From Abditibacteriaceae bacterium (GTDB taxonomy: Bacteria > Armatimonadota > Abditibacteriia > Abditibacteriales > Abditibacteriaceae), in the NCBI GenBank assembly GCA_031372065.1, contig JANMKN010000212.1, forward strand, positions 1 through 14,474: DNA of 14,474 bases, given 5' to 3'. Below, one piece after another: positions 1 to 6,182 of this stretch (positions are counted from its first letter, which is position 1; each line of letters opens with the position of its first letter). The notes under the pieces were generated by a model, which worked only from the letters and a program-made list of their open reading frames with translations, was not told where the DNA came from and ran no database searches. Both the position numbers and the translations under genes were made by a program.

Positions 1-8
1 TGTGAAAT

Positions 9-30
9 GCGGGCGAGACGCCCGCGCTCC
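9..30 (-). repeat. REP-like palindrome (GGAG-tagged hairpin)
   Basis: + strand GCGGGCG-AGA-CGCCCGC (perfect 7-bp stem, 9-25) followed by GCTCC. The - strand reads GGAG-C-GCGGGCG-TCT-CGCCCGC, the tetranucleotide + hairpin layout of GTAG/GGAG-family REPs. Only one copy in the window. Confidence 0.55.
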
Positions 31-102
31 GTGCTTCCACTCGCTTTTTGACGGTTTAATCTCATACTGTTGGGCCGCTTACACTGGCATTCATAAGCAT
101 CG

Positions 103-383
103 AATATGAATATTGTGCTGATCAATGAACTATTCTCATGAATGGGTTATCTCACGTAGCCGCTGAACTCGATTAATTAGCAAAACAATAAGAATACGCG
201 CCCGATCAATGAACTATTCTTATGAATGGGTCTTCTAACGCATCGTTTTGGTTATCTAACGCACCGTTTCAGTCATCTCACGCAGCAAAACAATAAGAAT
301 ACGCGCCTGATTAATGATCTTCACTAATGAATGGGTCTTCTGCACAGCGTTTTGGTTCTCTGACGCACCGTTTCAGTTATCTG
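103..383. repeat. Mosaic array of degenerate 21-bp units with 84/105-bp higher-order periods
   Basis: Units start at 103,124,145,166,187,208,229,250,271,292,313,334,354,375. AGCAAAACAATAAGAATACGCGCC is identical at 179-202 and 284-307. ATGAATGGGT occurs three times. GCACCGTTTCAG is at 261-272 and 365-376. Confidence 0.9.
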
Positions 384-587
384 TCAGGCTTTTTCCTGTT
401 TTGCGAGAATTTTCGGGGCAGGAGTTCCTTTTAGAGGACAAAATTCCTCCTTTCAGGACTTTTCAAACTAATTCTTTACGGGCTTTGCACTTCCTTTTTG
501 TAAAGTTATTTTAAATGTCTCGTGTGGCATGAGGTGGGGCAGGTTCAAGGTGACACCTGAGCAAAACACGCAGCGTCTAAGGTTCCC

Positions 588-3500
588 GTGATTCGACAAG
601 ATAAATTCCGTTCAACAATTGGTTTACTATCGCTTTGTGCGGTATTTGGTGCTACGCAAAACACGGTTCAAGCCGCGAGTGTGGTTTCTTCGACGCATCC
701 CGATGCGGTTTATTATGGTTTCAACAGCGGCGCGGCGCCGTTTGAGGCGTTTGCTGTGCCGGGAGGCGTGGCTTCGGGCGCCCGCTTCGTCATGGAAAAT
801 GGCGCGCTGAAAATGACCAATGCCTTTGCCGGGTCGTTCAGCGTGGATACCAAAATCAAGCCGTTCAATGCCGACAAATACAAGCACCTTTTCTTTGATT
901 ACAAGTTGACGCCCGATGTCAAAGTGAATCTGTTTTTTCGGGTGAACCGAAAGTTTTATGGCGTGACCTTCAGCGGCCCCAACCGCGTGCGGCCCGGCTC
1001 GATTTTGCTGGGCAAAATCGAAGGCGTTAAAGCCGATAACCAATGGCACCGCGCCCATATTCCGTTGCGCGATTGGCTGCGCGAAAGTGATCCTCTGGCG
1101 ACTACGTTAGATGTAGACATCGCCGTCTTTGGCAACTGGGACAACGACGGCTGGTTAATGGCGGGCATGGGCGGCAACGGGCCGGGCGCCTCTTGGTGGG
1201 TAGATAATTTTGCCTTGGTCGGCGCCGGGCCGGGCGAAGCCAAATTTGAGTTGCGCGATGACGATGGCAAGGCCTTGCCCAATCCGCCTGCCGCGCATTG
1301 GACTTTGGATGGCAAAAAAGTAGGCGAAGGAGCAACGGTGGCGACTGCGGCCACCGATGGTTTTCATCTGGTCGAAGCACGCGATGCCAACGGCAAATTA
1401 TGGGCAGCGTATCCGATTTTTGCGGCGCCGGGCGCTCCGAAAATCGGCGTGGCACGGATGGATGGCGATTTGATTCGCATTCCCATTGCCGCGCCCGGTG
1501 GCCTGAACCTCAGTGATCTCAAACTCACGCTGAACGGCAAAGATTACGGCATCACCTCGAAGTTTTTGCAATGGAATGGCGAAGAACTCGCCTTTGATGC
1601 CGGTGCCGCTGGAATGCAGTGGAAAGATGGCGCGCAAGTTTCGCTGGCGCTCAATGGAGTTCAGGACGAGCAAAAGCGGGCTGCAACGGCGTGGCAAGGC
1701 AATTTAGCGGTCAGTTACGCCACGCACAAAGCCGCGCCGGGTTTGCCGCACGTCCAAATCGAAGGAGTGGCCGCCCCGCCACCGCGCCCGCAATTGCGCA
1801 ACACGGAAATGGTGCAACCTGTCGCACCGGTGCCGATTTTTGGCGCCGGAGACGGCACTTTTGAAGAAAGCATGGACGAGTGGAGAAATTATGCAGATAG
1901 CGACGACGACATCGCCGAGGGCCGCGCTCAGGATGCACAACTTGATCGCGACAACGGCACGGCAGCCAAGGGCAATTATTCTTTGCGGCTGACTTGCCCG
2001 AAAAACGGCGTGCGTTTTTGGGCGACTATTCGCACCAGTGGTTTTGATGCCGCTAAAATTCCGGTCATCTCGTTCGATTACAAAGTCCCACCGCAATTGC
2101 GCGCCGATTTCATGTTGCTCTTCGATGGCGTAACTTATTCGATTCAATTCACAGATAAAGACAATCCGGCGCCGCGTATTGGTAGCGTTCCCACTGTGAT
2201 TGCTGATAACCAGTGGCATCACGCTGAGTTCAATTTAGGTGCTATGCTGCGCGAAATAAAGCCTGATCGCGCTGAATATCGCGTGGATTCGCTTTTTATC
2301 GGCGATGGTGGCTGGATGGGCAACGCGCGCGGCGTGCAATACTGGTTAGATAATTTTCAGTTCGTGCCATTGGTTAAAGCCACGCCGTTGCAGGCCACCG
2401 TCGCTGTGGACGATGTAACCGGCGTGAAAGGCGTCTCGTGGGTGCTGGATGAAAACCCGAAAACGCCAGTGCCGGAACAAGTGAAGGCCAGCACCAACAA
2501 AATTGAATTAACCGGCACAGGCCGCAAATGGCTTCATGTGCGGGCACAAAACGGCGCAGGCGAATGGAGTCCGGCGTTGGATGTTCCGCTTTGGCTCAGT
2601 GAAGGCGCGCCGAAAGTGGCCGTAAATGACATTTCGCCGCCCAATGGGGCGCATATTGTGCCGGCGGCTCTGGAAATTCCGCTGCGCGCCGAAGGCGGCA
2701 TCAAATCCGAGACGATCAAACTCACCGTCGCCGGTCATGAATTCGACACCAAAGACAATGCGCTGACTTACAATAAAGAGGCCAGCAAAATCATTTGGGA
2801 TGCCGCGCAAGCGTTGATTTCGGGAAACATGAAAGTGCCCGAAAACGGCGCGCGTGTAGACTGGAAATTAGCGCCGGTGACCGATTTTTTAGGAATCGCC
2901 GCCGAGCCTGCCGAAGGTCATTGGATCAATGATTTTGCAGCGGACAAAAGCGGCCCGCGCGTGATTTTGTCGTCGGACACACACGCGCTGTATTTTTTCG
3001 ATGACGGCGAAGGCGATTTGCAATGGTCAGCGGGCGAAGGCAGCAAAGTCGGCAAAGTCGAACGCGAAAACGGCGGTCATGCCGCGCGTTTTACCACCGC
3101 GACGGCGGGGGCTGCTTTTGTGGTGGACGCCAACTTGCCGCAGGCCTCGGTGTGGGATCCACGCAAATATGGGCTGATTTCGTTCGATTACAAACTGCCG
3201 CCCGAAGCCAATGTCACGCTGCGCCTGAGATTTTCTAATGGCCGCTCGTGGCCGCTCAATTTTGCCGGTGAAAAATCAGAGCGTTCCATTGGCACCATCC
3301 CCGATATTGTCGCCGACGGCAAATGGCACACCGCCACCTTTAATTTAGGCGATTTTTTGGAGCGTGATCGTTCATCGCGCAATTCTACCATCACCGGCTT
3401 CGGATTTACCGATGCCGCGATGAAAACACCCGCCAATGTTTCGTGGGAACTGGACAATTTTTTGATTCAGCAAGCCGGTGGCAAAGAAGCGAAATTGTCG

Positions 3501-3755
3501 TGGCGCGCCCAAGATTTAAGCGGCGTGAAAGCTTATCGCGTCGCGTGGAATCAACTGCCGAATACCGAGCCAACTGAAGCCGCGACGGAAACTTCGCGCA
3601 CTGTGCAAGCCGAGTCGGGATTGTATTATATGCATTTACAAGCGCAGGATGGCGCGGGAAACTGGGGGCCGGTTGCGCACGTTCCGGTTGCCCTTTCGGA
3701 AAAATCCAGCAGCACAGTAGCGAACCCCTTTAGCGGAGGGCTTATTTTTCGATGA
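588..3755 (+). CDS. Large secreted protein with three repeated CBM-like beta-sandwich modules interspersed with Ig/FnIII-like domains
   Basis: 1055-aa ORF with host-like codon usage and an N-terminal signal peptide (basic N-region, hydrophobic core, VQA-A). The motif set FDYK / AD(N/G)(Q/K)WH / (V/L)DNF occurs three times (FDYK near 891, 2070, 3180; ADxxWH at 1032, 2202, 3312; DNF at 1203, 2349, 3453). HVRAQNGAGEWS and HLQAQDGAGNWG are FnIII/Ig-like ends. The GTG start and the fold assignment are inferred. Confidence 0.75.
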   Translation: MIRQDKFRSTIGLLSLCAVFGATQNTVQAASVVSSTHPDAVYYGFNSGAAPFEAFAVPGGVASGARFVMENGALKMTNAFAGSFSVDTKIKPFNADKYKHLFFDYKLTPDVKVNLFFRVNRKFYGVTFSGPNRVRPGSILLGKIEGVKADNQWHRAHIPLRDWLRESDPLATTLDVDIAVFGNWDNDGWLMAGMGGNGPGASWWVDNFALVGAGPGEAKFELRDDDGKALPNPPAAHWTLDGKKVGEGATVATAATDGFHLVEARDANGKLWAAYPIFAAPGAPKIGVARMDGDLIRIPIAAPGGLNLSDLKLTLNGKDYGITSKFLQWNGEELAFDAGAAGMQWKDGAQVSLALNGVQDEQKRAATAWQGNLAVSYATHKAAPGLPHVQIEGVAAPPPRPQLRNTEMVQPVAPVPIFGAGDGTFEESMDEWRNYADSDDDIAEGRAQDAQLDRDNGTAAKGNYSLRLTCPKNGVRFWATIRTSGFDAAKIPVISFDYKVPPQLRADFMLLFDGVTYSIQFTDKDNPAPRIGSVPTVIADNQWHHAEFNLGAMLREIKPDRAEYRVDSLFIGDGGWMGNARGVQYWLDNFQFVPLVKATPLQATVAVDDVTGVKGVSWVLDENPKTPVPEQVKASTNKIELTGTGRKWLHVRAQNGAGEWSPALDVPLWLSEGAPKVAVNDISPPNGAHIVPAALEIPLRAEGGIKSETIKLTVAGHEFDTKDNALTYNKEASKIIWDAAQALISGNMKVPENGARVDWKLAPVTDFLGIAAEPAEGHWINDFAADKSGPRVILSSDTHALYFFDDGEGDLQWSAGEGSKVGKVERENGGHAARFTTATAGAAFVVDANLPQASVWDPRKYGLISFDYKLPPEANVTLRLRFSNGRSWPLNFAGEKSERSIGTIPDIVADGKWHTATFNLGDFLERDRSSRNSTITGFGFTDAAMKTPANVSWELDNFLIQQAGGKEAKLSWRAQDLSGVKAYRVAWNQLPNTEPTEAATETSRTVQAESGLYYMHLQAQDGAGNWGPVAHVPVALSEKSSSTVANPFSGGLIFR

Positions 3756-4261
3756 TTACTTACGTTACAGTCCCACAGTATTTTGAGAATATGGAAGAAG
3801 CCACCATTGGTGCGTGGCTGAAAAAAGAAGGCGAAACGGTTTCCCAAGGCGATGCGCTTTGCGAATTGATTACGGAAAAAACTACCTTTGAACTCGAAGC
3901 CGAAGGCCAAGGCGTTTTGCGTTTGATTTTGGCACCCGAAAAATCCATCGTGCCGGTAGGTTTCACTTTAGCGTTTGTCGGCGAGGAAGGCGAAGTTTTG
4001 CCCGACATCGAAGCCGAAAATCTGGCGCTGAAAGAATTGAAAAAAGACGTGGCCGACACCAACGAAGCGACGCTCAAAGTGCCTTCCCTTAGCACTCCTG
4101 CACCTGCAACCGCGCCTCCCTCATCTGCTGGTTCCCGCCTGCGTGCCACGCCCGCCGCACGCCGCGCCGCGCGCGATAAAGGCGTTAATCTCGAAGATGT
4201 CGCCGCCAAATTCCCTGGCAAAGTCCTCAGCGAAGAAGATGTGAATCAATTCAGCGGTTAG
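3752..4261 (+). CDS. Stand-alone lipoyl-domain + peripheral subunit (E3)-binding domain protein; 2-oxoacid dehydrogenase E2-like N-terminus without acyltransferase domain
   Basis: MEEATIGAWLKKEGETVSQGDALCELITEK...GVL...VPVG is a lipoyl domain (TEK in place of the usual TDK). It is followed by an Ala/Pro linker and RATPAARRAARDKGVNLEDV...G.V..EDV (PSBD), then a stop. ATGA overlap with the upstream stop codon. Confidence 0.85.
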   Translation: MITYVTVPQYFENMEEATIGAWLKKEGETVSQGDALCELITEKTTFELEAEGQGVLRLILAPEKSIVPVGFTLAFVGEEGEVLPDIEAENLALKELKKDVADTNEATLKVPSLSTPAPATAPPSSAGSRLRATPAARRAARDKGVNLEDVAAKFPGKVLSEEDVNQFSG

Positions 4262-4351
4262 TGAATAGTGTTCGGTGGTCGGAATTTCTGCCACTGACCA
4301 CTGACCACTGACCACTGACCACTGACCACTGACCACTGACCACTGACCACT
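4251..4351. repeat. Heptamer tandem repeat (CCACTGA)x8.7 with an upstream degenerate inverted arm (STRR-like hairpin)
   Basis: Eight perfect CCACTGA copies at 4291-4346 plus CCACT at 4347-4351. Upstream, TCAGCGG TTAGTGA ATAGTGT TCGGTGG TCGG (4251-4282) are degenerate copies of the reverse complement TCAGTGG. Confidence 0.95.
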
Positions 4352-4354
4352 TAA

Positions 4355-4735
4355 ATGATCATCGGCCTTGGCATAGATATTTGCGGCATTGAGCGCGTCG
4401 GGCGCTTTTTGGAGCGTTACGGCGAGCGTTTTACGCGGCGCTGTTTTACCGAACGTGAAATCGCGCACGCACAGCTTTTTAAGCACACCGCCGAACAATA
4501 TGCAGCGCGCATCGCGGCTAAAGAAGCGGCCAGTAAAGCGCTTGGCACCGGCTGGCGTCAGGGAGTGCATTGGAAAAATTTCGAGGTGGATAGTTTGCCG
4601 TCGGGCAAGCCGATTTTGCGCGTTTCGGGCCGCGCTGCCGAACTCGCCGCCCAAATGGGCGTGAAAAACATCAACGTCACTCTCACCCACGATGCCGGTG
4701 TCGCCGCCGCTGTGGTGATTTTTGAAGGTGTATAA
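4355..4735 (+). CDS. acpS: Holo-[acyl-carrier-protein] synthase (4'-phosphopantetheinyl transferase)
   Basis: 126 aa; MIIGLGIDI, FTERE, AARIAAKEAASKALGTG, GKP and LTHD...AAAVV motifs are typical of AcpS. Confidence 0.95.
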   Translation: MIIGLGIDICGIERVGRFLERYGERFTRRCFTEREIAHAQLFKHTAEQYAARIAAKEAASKALGTGWRQGVHWKNFEVDSLPSGKPILRVSGRAAELAAQMGVKNINVTLTHDAGVAAAVVIFEGV

Positions 4736-4743
4736 GGCGAAAA

Positions 4744-5307
4744 ATGATTGAGGTGCAGAATGACTTGGATTTAGCAGAGTGGTGCGAGTCTATACGCCAA
4801 CTGTTGAGAGAAATGGAAAAACAGGACTTCCCTTTTCCCTTAAGCAGTAATATTTTACATGAGCCAACAGGGGATGTGGTGATTCTTGATGAATTGTTGG
4901 TATTGTATGGCCTTCCCGCCATTTTAAAGTCCTTCTATCTGCATTGTGGAGGCGTAAATATGCATAATGTTTGGAATGGCTATTGGGTATTTGGTTTTGA
5001 GGAAATTGCTCATCGCGTGCGGCAAGGAGAAGTGCGACGAATTAAGGGAATTATCGAGGCAGATGTTCTTGTTTTTGGCTGTAACGGTGGCGGTGGAAGG
5101 TTCGCTATTGTGACTGATGGAAGTGGGAGTGTTCTCTATCTTCCGTCTGGTGGTGATGTTCATTCATCCATTTGGCACACGGACTCGCCGTTTAATGCTC
5201 CTGAGCAACTATCCTCTAATTTTGGTGGTTTCCTGAAAAGATTACATAACGATTTAGAGGCGTTTGTTCGTGGAGATTCTACTTGGCAATACATGAACTC
5301 CCGCTGA
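4744..5307 (+). CDS. SMI1/KNR4 (SUKH) family protein, putative toxin immunity protein
   Basis: LPAILKSFYLHCGG, VFGCNGGGGRFAI and the C-terminal SSNFGGFL fit the SMI1/KNR4 pattern. GC is clearly lower than in flanking genes (35-43% in two 60-nt lines counted by hand). Confidence 0.7.
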   Translation: MIEVQNDLDLAEWCESIRQLLREMEKQDFPFPLSSNILHEPTGDVVILDELLVLYGLPAILKSFYLHCGGVNMHNVWNGYWVFGFEEIAHRVRQGEVRRIKGIIEADVLVFGCNGGGGRFAIVTDGSGSVLYLPSGGDVHSSIWHTDSPFNAPEQLSSNFGGFLKRLHNDLEAFVRGDSTWQYMNSR

Positions 5308-5412
5308 CGAAGACTGATTGCGAGCGTAGACTGAAGCCGTAGCTTTGCAAATCGTTTTTTGTCAACCTAAGGACGCTCTTGACGGGTCGTTTTGATGGGC
5401 CGCTTTCTTTTT

Positions 5413-6171
5413 ATGGCAGAAGAATCTCTGTTCGATTTAACAGGAAAAACCGTTTTAGTCACGGGCGCCTCGCGCGGTATTGGGCGGGCGATTGCGCTGG
5501 CATTGGCTGGGCAGGGCGCAGATGTGGCGATTCATTATCATGCGCGCGAGGAGGCAGCGCGCGAAGTGCTGTCGCAAGTGGAAGCGTTGGGCAGGCGCGG
5601 CGCGATTTTCGCGGCGGATGCGCGCAGTGGCGAAGAATTACAAGCCTTATGGAAGTGCGTCGAAAGCGAGCTTTCGCCGATTGATATTTTGGTCAACAAC
5701 GCCGGGCTTCTCAAAAACGGCTTTTTGGCGATGACAGGCGAAGCGTCGTGGGATGAAGTGGTGGATGTCAATTTAAAGGCGGCGTTTTTGCTCTCGAAGC
5801 AAGCGGCGCGTTCGATGAGCCGGCGCAAAAGCGGGCGCATTATTAATATGTCGTCGCAGGCCGGGCAGATGGGCGATGTGCTTCGCGCGCCGTATTGCGC
5901 GGCGAAAGCGGGGCTGATTGGTCTAACTAAAGCCACCGCGCGCGAATTGGCCGTCCAAGGCGTGACGTGCAACGCCATCGCGCCGGGTTTTATCGAAACC
6001 GAAATGCTCGAAGCCGACGAAACCAAACGCGAAGCGCAACGCAAACTCGTGCCACTGGGTCGCTTTGGGCAACCCTCCGAAGTGGCGGCCCTCACAGTCT
6101 TTTTGGCCTCGAACGAAGCCGCGTATATCACCGGACAGGTCTTTGCCATTGACGGCGGCTTGCGAATGTAA
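5413..6171 (+). CDS. fabG: Short-chain dehydrogenase/reductase, 3-oxoacyl-ACP reductase (FabG)-like
   Basis: TGASRGIG Rossmann motif, NNAG, NMSS, catalytic YCAAK, NAIAPGFIETEM, PLGRFG.P.EVA, YITGQ...IDGG. ATG at 5413 is preferred over 5392. It may be a FabG paralogue rather than the housekeeping enzyme. Confidence 0.8.
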   Translation: MAEESLFDLTGKTVLVTGASRGIGRAIALALAGQGADVAIHYHAREEAAREVLSQVEALGRRGAIFAADARSGEELQALWKCVESELSPIDILVNNAGLLKNGFLAMTGEASWDEVVDVNLKAAFLLSKQAARSMSRRKSGRIINMSSQAGQMGDVLRAPYCAAKAGLIGLTKATARELAVQGVTCNAIAPGFIETEMLEADETKREAQRKLVPLGRFGQPSEVAALTVFLASNEAAYITGQVFAIDGGLRM

Positions 6172-6182
6172 ATAAATTCAGC

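Noticed and set aside
103..383. CRISPR array
   Set aside because: The sequences between the conserved blocks are themselves repeated rather than unique spacers, the repeats are degenerate, and no cas genes are in the window.
314..514. 66-aa ORF
   Set aside because: It starts inside the repeat array, is AT-rich, has no recognisable motif and has no RBS.
521..587. Possible riboswitch (c-di-GMP-I-like words ACGCA, GTCTAAGG; CGTGT/ACACG pairing)
   Set aside because: It lacks the GGCAAAC..GNRA P2 stem and the correct spacing. Accepting it would need an Infernal hit to RF01051.
4121..4690. 189-aa minus ORF containing SGQWSVV repeats
   Set aside because: It is a translation of the heptamer tract and lies antisense to two well-supported genes.
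5308..5412. Integron attC site or riboswitch after the SMI1 gene
   Set aside because: No RYYYAAC...GTTRRRY boxes. There is only a short GTCAA-N13-TTGAC dyad and a partial GCAAAGCTACGG word on the - strand, both compatible with chance.
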